A stretch of DNA of 62,132 nt, the filler included, from Choristocarpus tenellus KU-1152 (taxonomy: Eukaryota; Protista; Phaeophyceae): assembly GCA_964200185.2 (NCBI GenBank). It is 10 parts of 10 records of this genome, joined end to end, with 100 filler letters (N's around TTAATTAATTAA, not from the genome) between each part and the next. Parts side by side here need not be neighbours in the genome. Positions count along the whole stretch, not along the records: positions 1 to 13,721 come from CAXNAD020001396.1; positions 13,822 to 23,608 come from CAXNAD020003393.1; 8 more parts are not named here. One strand, written 5' to 3'. This document shows positions 1 through 14,035 of the stretch, piece after piece. The notes below the pieces were generated by a model. That model was not told where the DNA came from. It saw only the letters and a program-made list of their open reading frames with translations, and searched no databases. Within the stretch, counting starts at the first letter, position 1. Each line of letters opens with the position of its first letter. Both the position numbers and the translations under genes were made by a program.

Positions 1-137
1 TCCTGCTTTCCCTTTTTCCCAATTTTGAGATCCACCTCTCCCCTTCATTTTCCGGTTTGTTATGCTACAGCCCTTTGTTTCCAATGCCCCCCCCCCCCCC
101 CCCCTAACCATCGCCTGATCACTGCTAATTTTTGCAG

Positions 138-3100
138 CTGCTTGTAGCTGGTGCCAGTGCATACTCGCGCAACATAGACTATGCCCGTATGCGCAAGGTT
201 GCTGATGCTAGTGGAGCATGGCTGCTGTCGGACATGGCTCACATCAGTGGCCTAGTATCAGCAGGAGTGGTTCCCACACCGTTCGACCACTCTGACATTG
301 TAACCACCACCACTCACAAGAGTCTCCGTGGACCCCGCGGAGCAATGATCTTCTACCGAAAGGTTGAATGAAGTTAGGATTGTGGAGACAGATTGTAGAT
401 TGAGAGGAGGGAAGAGGGTTGAGGGGATTTTTGTTAATAGTTTTGCTTGGTGGTACTGGTGTGTATGCTTTTGATACTGCTGAAATATTTTTTGAAATAC
501 TTTTTGAAATACATTTGAATTCTTGTGCAACAGTACAAATTATAGGAGTGCATTTATCTGCCAGTATGGTGAAGTGCCACAGGCTTGTGGGTGGTGGAAG
601 GGTTGTGAGGACCTTTCATTTTTTTTCTGTTGACTTCATGTTTCCTTGTCATTCAGGGTGAGAGGGGAACAACTAAGAAGGGTCAACCAATCATGTACGA
701 CATTGAGGACAAGATCAATTTCGCTGTCTTCCCAGGTGAGCACATACCAGATTGTATATGAACTCTCCTTTTGCATACAAGATAAAAGGAGCAACACGAT
801 TGAAGGGGGGGGGGGGGGTTAGCATGAGTAAGTATTATCATTGCATGATCCACATTTTGCACATCAAAGAAGTAAACCAAACAAGGCAGTCTTTGCTTTT
901 TTCCACAATGTATCTCTTGTAGCATCTTGCTGGTGTGGAGACTGCATATTAATATTGAATCCAGATGTATGTATTTTTTTAAAGTAAATAAATTTTGTAT
1001 TCATCCATATTGTTTATTCTAGTATTTGTGCTTCCAATTGATAAGAACTTTGGGTTCTGTGAAGGTGGTGTCGTATGCAGCGGTGGTTATTTGTGTTTAC
1101 TAGGTGATGCATGCTTGGAAGAAAATAAAATGATATGCAACATGACAGAGCTAAGTACAACGTTCCACCCTCTGGTTCAATTTCCTTCCACCAGGACTGC
1201 AGGGTGGTCCTCACAACCATACCATTGCTGCACTTGCAACAGCCTTGAGGCAGGCAAAGTCTCCTGAGTTTATTGAATACCAGAAGCAGGTAAGTATGAT
1301 ACCTTCGGGGAGCTTGAAGGTGTAATTTTTAACTGGTTCCATGGAAGCAGGGTATTGCATGTTGTAATGGACTTGATTTTTTATCTTGGAATGGGGTAGG
1401 TCGAGCATAAACTTGATGGGACTGAAGTGAATGATGTGTAGTCTTCGCATACTTCAAGAGTGGAGCATTTGTTGTGAAATTATGGGAAGAGAATGTAGAG
1501 TCATCAAGCGGATGAAAACGTTCCTTCTCTGGTAAGAGATGAAACCATGGTTGAAGATGAATAGAGGGATCATCGGTCAGTTTGTTTATGATGTCCTTCC
1601 TATACATAGGCCCTGTTGTTTTGAGCTTGATGATTTGGATCAACACTTTTTTTTACTAGAGGCCCTTCCCATTGACTTTTTTTTTTATGGAGACAGGTTG
1701 TTGCCAACTCTGCAGCCATGGCTGCCCGACTGACAAGCTTAGGCTACCAGCTTGTCAGCGGTGGCACCGACAATCATCTTGTCCTTGTCGACCTGAAGAA
1801 GTCATTGGTAAGATATTGTCATAGCTGCATCCCTCGTCTACCCTCACGGCATGCTCACTTCATGATTTCTCTATTGGTTTTTCAGCAATGCTCCAGGTCC
1901 TGTCCCTGACCATGCTAGGACTGTTCCAATGTCAAAATTAATCAAACTGGCAACTTCTTGTCGCTAATGAGTGAAACATCGTGCGTCTGTTTTTGATTGC
2001 ATGTTCTTGCAAAGATGAGTTTTGTGTATGAGGGGAAAACACCAATACTGACTCTTACCAGGAATTTAATAGTCCCAACAGAAAGACCTGCTGGACACAG
2101 CCTGTATTGTAAGTAGCAACAAACTTTGTGGGAAAACAACAAATCCTTGATGCAGGGAGTGCATTTTTTTATTTGTGTAGGTCTGTGTTGCATTTCATGA
2201 CTAGATTTGACTGAAATGAAGAAAAAGGTGACAAACACATGAACATCTTTACAAACAATTGTTTTGTTGGTTTTTATGCAAGCTAACATGCCTGTCAGAT
2301 ACTGAAGTATCTGTCTACAACGTGTGTTAGTGCATCATTCATTCCATGTGCAGTGATGCACACCCTTCCATCACTTGAATCCCTGTCCTCTCTCCTACTG
2401 CTTTTTCCTTTATCACAACCTCTCTTCTACATGCCCACACGATCAAAACTAACTACAGTTGATACGCCGCTTGCTTCATTTTAGCATGACTTCCAACTTT
2501 GTTTTGATTAGGGCATTCTTGTCCTCTATTCCTATCGCTTTTTCCTTTATTAGAACCTGTCTTCTGCATGCTCACACAATCAAAACTATCTTCGGTTAAT
2601 ACGTCGCTTGCTTTATCTTAACATGACTTATAATGTTGTTTTGGTTAGGGCATTGATGGTGCACGTGTAGAACGTGTGCTGGAGATGGTAAATATGGCAA
2701 CCAACAAGAACACTGTGCCGGGGGACACTAGTGCACTCACCCCGGGAGGCATCCGCATGGGAGCCCCTTCGCTGACATCACGAGGGTTTACAGGTTAAAA
2801 AAATTGCTACATTTACAGTTTTTTTTACATATAGGGATGGAGGTTAGGGTGGAATGGAGGGGAGGGAAGATATACATGTCCTTGGATAAGTCAGCTTGTA
2901 TGTGACAGAGGGAAAATCATGTGAGCAAATGTTGGCAATGGATGAAAATGGGTGGGAGATGATCCGGTCAGGATCGAATGGCTGCCCTCTACTTTTGGTG
3001 TTGCACTGACTTGCAAAAGCTGTTGTAATTGATGGCATGAACTTACGTTAACAGGATGGAGAACTATTTTGTAGTTGTGAAGGCAAAATTGTACCATTTT

Positions 3101-3463
3101 CCACCTTCTACCACCTTGTGCTATTCTGTATGATGCCTATACTTCTGCATGTTGTATGATATATAGGCTGAAGTGCTAGTACTAGACTTTGCAGCCATAC
3201 ACTGACTCTCCCACTCCCTGTTTCCAATCAAAAACCTTGCAGAGGAGGACTTTGAGCAGGTAGCAGAGTTCTTCCACAAGGGAGTTACTGCTGCCAAGGC
3301 TGTGGCAGCAGACACTTCCAAGCTCAAGGAGTTCAGGGCTGTGCTCGAGGACGGGGGCTCAGGCTACCCACAGATTGGGGCATTGAAGGAGGAGGTGGTG
3401 AACTTTAGCCGGGGATTCCCAGTCATTGGGTTTGATTCTTCCACAATGCGCTATCCAGCCTAG
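138..3463 (+). CDS. SHMT: Serine hydroxymethyltransferase, mitochondrial-type; 5'-partial (starts before the window). Exons 138-362, 657-735, 1195-1289, 1697-1807, 2649-2793, 3243-3463
   Basis: Spliced translation gives [22 protein letters not shown] (PLP lysine), [48 protein letters not shown], ending [15 protein letters not shown]. All introns are GT-AG with compatible phases. The C-terminus resembles plant mitochondrial SHMTs. Confidence 0.96.
2382..2655 (+). repeat. ~137-bp diverged tandem duplication of an SHMT intron 3' end, including the acceptor
   Basis: 2382-2518 and 2519-2655 align along their length and both end in ttag|ggcatt. Confidence 0.85.
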
Positions 3464-6400
3464 AGCACCATGTAGGAAGAACAGTAGTGGGAAGAGTGGG
3501 AGCAAGGGGAGGGGGGGGGGTGGGGGTTGAGGGGGTCAATGGTAGTGCTGTGGGGATTAAATACTTCTTTGTGCACTCCTTAGACAGGGATGGGAGGTCA
3601 TTAATAGGAATGATAGCCAAACAGCACAGTGAGTGGTGTACTTTGTGCACAATGTGAAACAGGGAAGTATCAGTTTGGCTGATGAGTGTCTCAATTTTTG
3701 TTGTGATGACAATGTTGTGTTGCTTGGTAGGGTTAGAATGTAGAGCAAGTCTTCTTGCATTCAACAGCATGTTTAGATTCGGATCTTGCTTGTACTCCCC
3801 ACCATATTTTTCAGCTGCCCTAACAGTTTGGCACAATTATCATAGCTGTTAGCACATGGAAGGATTGTGTGGGTGTAGATCTGGTGTGTTGATACTGGTA
3901 AGTTAACCACGTAAACTTGTAGAGTAATGAGGATGGGCTGGAGGGAGCAGAGGGTGGAGAGGTACATGGTGATTCAATGAAGTCGTGTATTGGTGAGATA
4001 CTGACCTATGAAACATTTCGATAGTGTTGAGATCAATGTTTCTGTGAAAGGCTGACCTTGCTCAAGGATAGAACACTTGGTGTTTTCCACGTGTGTACAG
4101 TGGTCAGGAAAATTAATGAATGTGTTACTTTTGTAGATGCCTACCATGTGTCTTACTCTTGAAGTGGGTGTGAAATGTGGTACGGGAACTACAGCTCATG
4201 GTATATGCACTGAAGGCAGAATTTGAAGTGGAGATCAATGTACTTCATGATTAACGAGGGGATAATCCTCAGTCAATATAGAAGGGCTAGTAACTCTACT
4301 AAATGTGTGCTACCTACCCTGTATTAAGACAGATGAACAAGGTTTGATAAAGGAAGGTGCGTAATATGTATGTATAATCAATAGTGTACATAGCAATGTT
4401 GAAATGGATAAGAATATGCTGACAAGCAGCAGCTCTTGGCACTTTAGAGGTCCTCAGATTTTACCAAGGCAATGATATGAGTATGCCCACAGCATTCACA
4501 CATACATATTCAATACATGACCTGGGGTATATATGACGCGTAAAGTTGAGAACTATAATAAGATGTGGAACTACTGGAATAATGTATTGAGGCATGTAGC
4601 AGGGGGATACAGATTTTACAGGTAAAAGAGGTAAGGTGAGACAAACAAAATACTGAATATATCTCTGGTGCACCATCAATTAAGGTTAGGGTCATCAATG
4701 AAGTATTCATGTAGCACATGGTCTGATAATCTCTTGATTGCACCAGGGCGAGATAAAACAAGGTCGTACGCATGTTCTCATTTCAAGGTCACCACAACGA
4801 CCAAAACTCGCATCCACCTGTTTATAGTGAGAACATCATTGTCAACGCAGAGGAACACATTTGAGAAAAGCGCGCATCTATCATGTTCTCTGATTAGTAT
4901 TGTATTTGTTACTAGTTTGGAGAATTATACAACTTGGCTTTCTTACGCATTTTTTCTGGTAACATTTTGGTGGGAACAAAATAAAACTATACCAAAACAG
5001 AATGAAGGTCATCGTGGTATCTAAATTTATTTTTAATATTCACTTTCGATATCTGTAAAGTGTGTGACATATCCTACCAAATTTCCTGATCTCGCTCGAA
5101 ATGATGTTGGACTGAGAAGTATTTAAAATATCTTTTGTGAAGTGAAGTGTTTTTCTTGGCGGAAGTCGAAGAGTTTCGTCTTGTTTTCTGTCATTCGACC
5201 CTGTTTGAAGCACATGTCTCCACTATTGATTTAACTCACTCAAGTTATCCATTTCAACGATCATTTTTGGGACCAAATTTTGTGGTTTTAAGTGGAACAT
5301 GTTGAGACTGAAAGAAGTCCAAGAAAGCATCAAGCCATTTGGAACGGCGTGAAAGAAAGGCATCATTATTAGCGGAGAGCCCTTCATTATACATATTTGG
5401 ACATTTCTAAAATCGAAAGCCATTCTTAGGGTTCTTTTTTCCAAACTTCGTGGACTGGAGAGCAGGATTTACTGGGTGCTTGTTAGACACTTCCTATGAT
5501 ATTGATCCTCTTTAGAATTGTCAACTCCGAATTACAAATATACATATAGAAACATAAAGCCCTATACGAATAATGTCCTAAAATATAGAGGGTTTATCTG
5601 TAATATTCCACAAGAAGAAGTGAGATGTAACAAATAGTGTACATTTAAAAAAAAATAGTTTGGAAGAATACAAATATTCAGCCAAGAACACTTCCCTAGA
5701 ACCAAATCTCTTTACCCCCATAATCACCGCCCCCCCACCCCCTTTTTTTGAAGCTTTATTATGTATCGTCTCGTTATCGAGAATTTAGCACTTCTCGAAG
5801 AAAGGAAGTTTACTTTGTACAGAGGAAACACACTGGGATGTAGAACTACCTAAAAACTATAAGGAAATCAACATCATTACCCCCACCCCCCACTACCCCC
5901 CTCTTCTTATTTTCACTTTTCCCCTCCCAATATTTTTTTTCCTCGTATTTTATTTAATTCCCTCCATTCACACACTACTTCTCGCCTCAATATGTATGTT
6001 GTGACCATTACCAGCTTAATTACTACTGCGTTTTGACTGTGAAATACCAGTGCAGAAAGTGGACATCCAAGACATACATTGAATCCCTGCTAAGAAAGTT
6101 GATGATTGGGAAATATATATCGATCTTTGGTTTACTGTAATTGTACCATTTTAATTTATTTGTTGTGGAACAAATCATGTATTTGGGTCGAGCATGCCCA
6201 AATTGGGGTACTCCCACTATACGATTTTTATGGACAACAGTTGCACGGCACACTTAGGACAACATGACACTTTCATAACACTATGTGAACACTTTGCGTT
6301 AACATTTCACAAAAATGATACACTGTGGTATGTACACGTATGTATGATTGGTGTAGAGTGTTAAGGGCATACATAACATTGTGTTGTATTAATATTTTTT

Positions 6401-8345
6401 GAACTAGACTGAGGGTTACAGACATGATGTAGTGTTGCATATATTTTCGTCTTCAGGGTTACGGGCATAAGATAGTGTTACCCTTTCAACCGAACATACT
6501 CTCTGCCATAACATAAAATGTATTGCTAGAACACGATGTTATGCTGCATTAACACTTTGTGTTGAAACCGGACAAATAATGTAACATATTGTATTATGAC
6601 AAAGCATAGCAGTGAGTGCACTTGGTGTATGGTTGAGGGATATCTATCTAATGTTAATGTCGTGAGGCAGGGTCCAATCAGTCATGGGGGGTGTTCAGAA
6701 TCACCAGTTTTGTCACATTGGGGTGCTTCCAGCAAATCCAAAGCTCCCTCAGTCATCAAATCGTAGGAAAGGTTTTGATGGGGTCTCAGATCCGACGGGT
6801 GATATCACACCTTCTTTGTCAATGCTTAACCGAAAGTGGTCTGAGGGTCCTCAAACGTTTCTCTGTTTGATGTTGGAGGGAAAGTCACCAATGACAAAGA
6901 AATGTGCGCGCAATGCACTTGTGTACGCGCGCGGATGTGTATCCGGACTGAGATTAGCTCCCAAACGGACCTGTCCGCCACATTAACAATAATAATATCA
7001 ATACAAGGAAAAGATACGACATCCGCATTAATTTGCCATCACACATCGCCATACATATTATCATCACCATACACATAAAAAATTGGTTGAAGCAGAACAG
7101 ATTATGGCGTAAAAAATGCTGAATGATTCTACGATCTATCAAGTCTGTTCGCAGCAAGTAGTAGTGCGATGATATTTGTTTCATTCTCAGTTATGACCGA
7201 GGACGACAGCAGCACAGATACCCAACATTTTGTGTGTAGATGTTGGTGTTGTGGAGTGTGCAGAGATGATTTTTGTCGCTTCTCCCATGAGCAACATCTA
7301 TCTTGACTGACCTCGGTCACACCAAGTGGTTCTAACAGGTGGTTCCAACGACAAAGTAGTCACCTCTGGTAGTAGGAAGTTTTCACTGATGTTAGTTGAA
7401 GTCATCAGGAGGATGACAAATGCTTCCTCCACCTCCAGATGGATTTGTTAAGTCAAAGATACCTGTTGTGAAGAACGCAATCCTTTCGCCAATATCATAC
7501 AACTCGGGCATGCATGCGAGTGAAGGAAGTACCAGCAAATGAGTGGTGTTACCTCTCTGACACAAAATACTATTTACAGAATAAGTGGGAGTGTATGTGG
7601 AGGTGGCTTGCTTCAACCACCAGTAGATCTATGACTTTCAATATTGTGGAAATTACGTTTGTCTGTTGTTACACCGTTATTGCCGTATGACATATACAGT
7701 TATTACGTCATACCGATTGAGGTTCCTTGTCAAGCATCCACGATTCCACTAGCGAACCTTCCGTCAGAATGAAACCATGGAATCTCTTCACGAGACCAAT
7801 CCCACAGACTTGGGACAGCTCGTCCTCCAGAGCTGTCACACATGGAAGATTCACCTTGTTCTCACGTCTTGACTTGTAGTCATGAGGCCCTTCTTTGAAG
7901 ATGCTCATGACTCCTCAATTTTGCACTTACTTGTCCAACCTTAACCTCGTACCCTCGGTTACCGTTCGTCTTTGTTCGTCTGGTCCGTCTTGCCCGGTGA
8001 TTCTCTTCACCACCCTTGCCTGAGTGAACCACGCCGCCACAGAATCACACGATTCACAATATAATGTCAAATTAAAATGGGAACATTTGATGGGTGTTTT
8101 ATGTTTTCAAGCAGGCTTTAATAGGATCATGACACATTGTTCACACTTCTTTGGTCTGCAGTGTTCCTGACATAACTTTTTTTACTGGAGTGTTACAGGA
8201 AAACATAGTAACGTTATACATGTGTTTTTGGTATCCAGTGTTGTGGGGAAACAATATGTGCATGGTGTTTTATTGTTGAGGAGACCAAACCATACTTGAT
8301 TTTGGTTAGTTGAAAAGTCTGCCCCTCTCCAACAACACCATAATA

Positions 8346-9156
8346 ATGAAGATGGCAGTGTTTCGTCGTCGAGCGCAGGGGTATCTGGGGGGGGAAAAAC
8401 AAATGGAACCGTTGGACAGTGATGAACAGCGATCGGTCATCCTGGAACTTTCGCATCAGAGTAAGCAGCAGCATCAGCTAACACGGGTAGGTTGCTACAG
8501 CTTTCTCGTCACCTATGAAAAATAATTTGTTCATATCGCTGCCTCACGCTTATTTTAATCCAGTTCGCCACCCCTCTCTTTGACAGCGATTGATCTCCCT
8601 CCTGTTCGGAGTTTGCGTCATCTTCATGTTGTACTGTTCTGCTCAGCTCTGGAGAGCCCCGTCGACCCTTCCACACCAGTTCGCGCTTAAGGACCTAGGC
8701 ATTCCAGTGTGGATGTTCCAGCTTTCCTACGCTAGCATCATTTACTCGCTTGTCCTTGCTTGGCGAATCGACCAGGTACGGCCATCTCTATAGTCATGAA
8801 CAGGTAGCCATACGGTGCAAATATCGTCCTTCTGGTTGCATATTGTACCAATACAGGACTCCAGCGAAAACGGCACCGTTCTGTGTGTAGTGCACTGACG
8901 TAATACTGCTTGGCCATAAACCGTGCAGGGGCAACGTGTTTTGATAGCACCCGGGATTATTGTGGGTGGGATGACTCTCTTCACCTGGGGAGCGATTTTC
9001 TACCTGAACGGGGTGACGAACCCCTGGCTCTTTTGGCTTCCTGCCAGTCCAACAGTTGCTCTTTGTCTAGGACTGTATGTCCAACATTCCGCGAAAGGAT
9101 TGGAGCGAGATATTGAGGCTCTAGAGAAACTCCAGTACAGCTTTAAGAAATTATGA
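8346..9156 (+). CDS. Small uncharacterised multi-pass membrane protein; exons 8346-8486, 8587-8775, 8929-9156
   Basis: Three phase-0 GT-AG-joined exons give MKMAVFRRR...EPLDSDEQRSVILEL..., about 4 hydrophobic helices, and a C-terminal LERDIEALEKLQYSFKKL*. The pattern resembles a broadly conserved eukaryotic uncharacterised family (recalled, not searched). Confidence 0.8.
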
Positions 9157-11085
9157 CTGAATAGGACGCAGAAGGACACGATAAGCACAGCACTCTGTTG
9201 AATAATTTATACAGTAGTCTGGCAAAGGGAAAACCACCAAGTATTGTGGCAGAACCCACTTGTTGCCTTTGCAAAACTGCACTGCTCTCCATATTTCCCC
9301 TTCGGTGACGGAGGCCCTGCCTGTCTTGAAGATAGAGAAAGGTGCAGAATCTCTACGGAATTCTGGCAAGCAGTACTTGTTGTTGAACCAGCATAGATGA
9401 GAAATCATTTTGTGACGACGCCTTCTTTCCTACTGATACTACCGTACAACGTGTATATAATCTCCTATGCTGATTTTTAAGATTGATCTCATTTTCAAGC
9501 GGCAAATAGTTTTCAGGTAACTCCTCTGTGTAGTTACTGTTGGCAGACTTTGGGGGCTGTTTCTAAGTAGTGGATGGACTACAGAGTCATAATGATGTCA
9601 TTGCATTACTACTACGCAATTTCACTGTTCTTCGAATGAGACGTGTTTGCTTGAGGGTAAAAATTCTCAGCAACAACCACAGTTTCACATACAGATGTAT
9701 ATATTTTTTCCATACATGTGGGCACCCCAATGATCATGAAAAAGGACTTGCTGTCCTATCTAGCGTATTTCAGGAAAAGTGAATGGCATAATTCGTGGTC
9801 ATAAAAGTTGTAGCCAAGAATGTGGTACTTGTTCTTTTCAGGATCAGTACGAGCAGTCTGTGGAGCAGAGAAAATACCCCACATCAGAAAGGCCTCTCCT
9901 GTAGTTGACATAGATGAATTTAGTCGGATTTCAATCAGATTTTATCGTAACCTTACAATGTGTTTTCGCTACCGTCCTGTGCATTTTATTCCTGAGTTGC
10001 AAATTGTTCAAACTGATGCTGAACAGAGGAAGTAGATATAGCACAGTGCAGAAATTTACAGTTGGGCTCTACTGGAATACATCTAAATCATGAGCGATTT
10101 CTCTTTCGCACAGTCATGATGTAGAAAGAACATTAATCAAGTGAAACATCATGATTTTACTAAGTAAAAGGCACTGCAGTGTGAACTGTCAATTCATGTG
10201 TAAATAACGCAGCTACCTGTAAATTCAACATTAACATATTGCTTGATGTTGCCAACTGCCTTTAAGGTAGATGTGACTCTCAGTCTCTGCCACCTGGACG
10301 GTTCATTCCAATAGGAACCACCACAAGTAAACTACAAAATAAGGCAACACTCTTAGTCTTTAATAATCTGACTGTCCTTGATGACATGGTGTGCAACATC
10401 TCCACAAAACTGCATAAACAAAATGTTTCATCACCATGACTGCAAATAATTGGGTGTTCCTACTATTCACCGTCTCTGGTAAGACCTGTGGGATATCCCT
10501 CTATTGGTTAACAACACCATGGTGTTGTTGGCTTAATGTGACCTAGAAGAGCCTCAACACACTGCAACACACCAGCTGTTCACAACTGGAGAATAAGATT
10601 GACCCACACTACTTACTACATATGCACACAAGAGTAGTGCCATCCTGCACGAAGGTGATGTATTCACTATACACACAGCCAATACAAATTTGCTACTGGG
10701 TTGGCGGGCCAAACATGTCGCATGACACAAGGTACAAGTGGTGATAGTATGGTGCTCTAACTGTGAGCAGCTTGCTCTAACAGACGGCTTTTGTTTTTTA
10801 TGAAAATATGATGACACACACTATGTCGGCTTCAAATGGTTCTTGACAGTGCATGCCATGAGCCAATTATAGTTATGAAAATGTGGAGAGGTTGAGGCCG
10901 TCCCTGATCAAGCATACCCCACTGTTTGCCACAACAGTTGGACAACAAGGCATTGACTTTATAAATATCTCCAAGAACAGGCAAGCATATTCTTACACAG
11001 CAATCATGTCTCCCAGATGTTGGCATGAATGTCAACCCATGCCCTCTCTCCTCCCTCCCTATAGGGGCTGCTACTACTGAACATG

Positions 11086-13721
11086 TCATCGCATCCTTTC
11101 GTAGCCTGTTGTTGCAGACACCCTTGCAGCTAGCTCTGGATCATGTTGTACTAGTGCTACATACTCACGCAAGGCATTTGGTCGCACGTTGAGGCGGTGG
11201 ATGGCACCGACCTCTGCCATGGTCACCACCACCAAATCACCTACATCGGGGTCTACGGCAGCCTCCACAACAGGACCTGGGCATGCCTGAATCCGTGTCA
11301 GTTCCACCCCGGTGACAACATCCAACAGAAGCAACAGTCCATGGCATCCCACAATAAATAGCACATTGGAATTTACGGTCCACTGTCGAAGGAAGAGCAA
11401 TGGGGACACCAGTGGCCTTCCTTCCCCACCCTGTGCCACACCATTGTTTGCCACACCTGTAATTTTTCCCCCTTCCCCTCCCTCCTCACATGGACAGTGA
11501 ACCATCAGATGAGCATCTGCAAGATGAAGGTCCTCATCAGCAATCACATGAGTTGTTACAAGCAGCCACCCAACACCCTGTAGGGCCTCCTTTCCCTCAG
11601 CTTGAACAAGAGACTGATCCAGGTCCAGTACTCTTAGCTCTGCAAAGCCCAAGTCGTTGCATACCACAATGCCAAGGAGGTTGATCGGAGGGCTGGACCC
11701 TGGCATTGTCATTAAAGCTGCCCCAAGAGCATCGAATGTGAAATTCTGTCTCTGCTCAAAGCTGTAGAGGTCCACCTTCACACGGCCCCTCCTTCCCCAC
11801 CCCACTTTTCTGTCTCTTACCCCACTTAGACCAATAGCCACAGATTCCCCAATTGTGGCAGCCACTGCACAGCACAGCAGGCCCCACTTTCCATCTACGG
11901 ATGCCTGGTAGTCGTATGCTCTATAATGATAACCTGGATCACCACTAGGCATGCGTGTACATCGCCTCACAAATGCCTTGGTTGGTCTCCGCAACCTGGC
12001 CACCATTGCCTTCCCAGGACTGAGATTCAATGTGTCGGCACCCTCCCCCCCCAGTTCCCCTCCCTCATCAGCAGTGGGACCATCTATCACAACATTCCAA
12101 TAGAAAATTGCTTCATCCGTAACCAGGGCCAGCCCAGAAGATGACAGCCACCTATAGTCAGTCAGAGTGACAGTTATGTAAGCAGTACAACAGGTTTTGA
12201 CCATAAAAAGGTACCAAGGATAACTTCAGATCAAACACTAATAATAAACTCCCAAGCATGGGAGAGATGGGAGGAAAAGGAAAAAGTACCTGAGGTTATA
12301 TACGAGGTACAGAGGGATATCAATGCTTATCAAATTAGAGAATAAACAGGCTATGCACATGAATACAGAGGAGTACACTAGACGATAGAAGGTAACGCCC
12401 ACTCTATCATGTAAAATATTTGCAGCCTCCATGTTAACCTTGTGGAATAAAATGTACCTGCACCAAGAAGACCTGAACATAATAAATATAGAACAAACGG
12501 TCCATGTCCACATCAACCATAGATCAATTGCTGCCAGGATTTTGAAATACAAAAGTTCCACCGAGATATGCGATTGGAGCGGTTTTGTAGCAAAGGGACT
12601 AGCAACAGATAGGACAACACACCAATGCTGGGTAATCTGGGTGTCAGGATACACATTATCTGTGACAAGGGTTGCAGTTGTTCTAATACCCTTGTCCAGC
12701 CCTTCTTCACTACACATCTAGACACTCCAGGTGACAGAGGTCCACAAGGCATAGGTTGATCAAAACAGTTCATCTTGTCTCAGAAGTCACACAACGGTTC
12801 AGGTACCCTAGGCCTACTTCTCTATTGTCTCAAATTTATACACTAAGGGGCACCATACCCCACCAACCCTAATAATCTGTTACAACTAAAATCCAATCAT
12901 GGCTATGGGTGGCAACGGGCACGCCCGGAGATTTCTTTTGTTGTTGGGGGAAGAATGGAGAGCAAGCACATACGACACTTACACAAAAACATTGCTCAGT
13001 TTCTCACCTCCACATGCAGAGGTCTTGAGGAACAGATTGCTGCTGAAGCCTGCGACGCTGTGGGATGCTGTACACCTGGAGACTCCCACTGCCATGAACA
13101 GCAATCACTGATTCCGATCTATTGGGGCTCATGGCTGCACTCTTTGCTGCAGTTGGGTAACGAACAGTTCGACCCTTGTGCCATAGGTCTAGCACTGAGA
13201 CATAGCTCTGACCAGCAACACTTACTCGAGATGTGGATTGGTTGCCTTCAAAACCCTGGTTGTTTCCCCTCAAATGACATAGGGACATCAAGCGGGCATT
13301 GGAAGAGAGAACCCCACCACACCTCGCTGCACGGAACACATCCCGGAGGTCCACCCGGTAATCCTTAAATGAACTTGACAGCGAGCATGAGACGCATTCC
13401 CCTTGCCTCTGTTTCTGCCCGATAGATGTGCTTGGCTCTTGCTCCTTCCCCATTTGCCCCTGGCCCTGCGCTTGAGCATTCCCACCAATCTCACTTCTTG
13501 GCGGTAGAGGTGGAGGGATAGGTGCACGTGCCTTGGACAGATTGAAGCTCCTGTCATTTTTCTCTCTCCTTGTCCCCTCAGCCGCAGCTGCCAGATTCTG
13601 GAACACCCCAGTTGCCTCCCCCCAGAAAGCCCCTGGTGTGCCTGATGGTGCAGTCACTACCCCTGCACTAACCTGGTCAGCAATGTTCCCTGTCAAGAGG
13701 TCCACTCCTTCCCCACACCCC
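11086..13721 (-). CDS. Divergent protein with a clathrin heavy-chain terminal beta-propeller + linker at its C-terminus; exons >13721-13008 and 12151-11086; 5' end lost at a contig break
   Basis: Colinear matches to the clathrin heavy-chain N-terminal region: VSVLDL..RYPTAAKSAAMSP...VIAVHGSGSLQVYSI, LCMWR|WLSSSGLALVTDEAIFYW (across a GT-AG intron), YQASVDGKWGLL, VDLYSFEQRQNFTFDALGAA, LFIVGCHGLLLLLDVVTG, LREYVALVQHDPELAARVS, then stop. Confidence 0.8.
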
Positions 13722-13821
13722 NNNNNNNNNNNNNNNNNNNNNNNNNNNNNNNNNNNNNNNNNNNNTTAATTAATTAANNNNNNNNNNNNNNNNNNNNNNN
13801 NNNNNNNNNNNNNNNNNNNNN
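13722..13821. other. Artificial contig-join linker (44 N + TTAATTAATTAA + 44 N); same linker at 23609-23708, 29413-29512, 33618-33717, 39672-39771, 45276-45375, 48803-48902, 53372-53471, 57873-57972
   Basis: Nine identical 100-bp spacers with stops in all six frames. Genes are cut at them and do not resume. Confidence 0.97.
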
Positions 13822-13988
13822 CCAATCTACCTATTCCTGTGCCCCTGGGGGGGGAGCTAAGGAAGCATTCCAACATTTGTGTGTATTGTCGTCATACTTA
13901 TTGTTACACTTCAACTTGTATTTTCTTCGTTCCCTCCACATCTACAAATAAAATAATATGTAGTGTGTAATATACATATATATATATA

Positions 13989-14035
13989 TTATATTATTAT
14001 GCCCTCTGACATTTTGCAGATGTGTCAGGGGAAAA
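13989..14035 (-). mobile_element. Very short hairpin + (TAA)n-tailed retroposon fragment, copy 1 (copy 2 at ~25926-25978)
   Basis: TTATTATGCCCTCTGACATTTTGCAGATGTGTCAGGGG is identical at 13994-14031 and 25936-25973. It has an internal inverted repeat and is flanked here by catatatatatt-like direct repeats. Confidence 0.55.

Noticed and set aside
13766-13777. Recurrent TTAATTAATTAA palindrome
   Set aside because: Always centred in a 100-bp N block; a synthetic six-frame stop linker.
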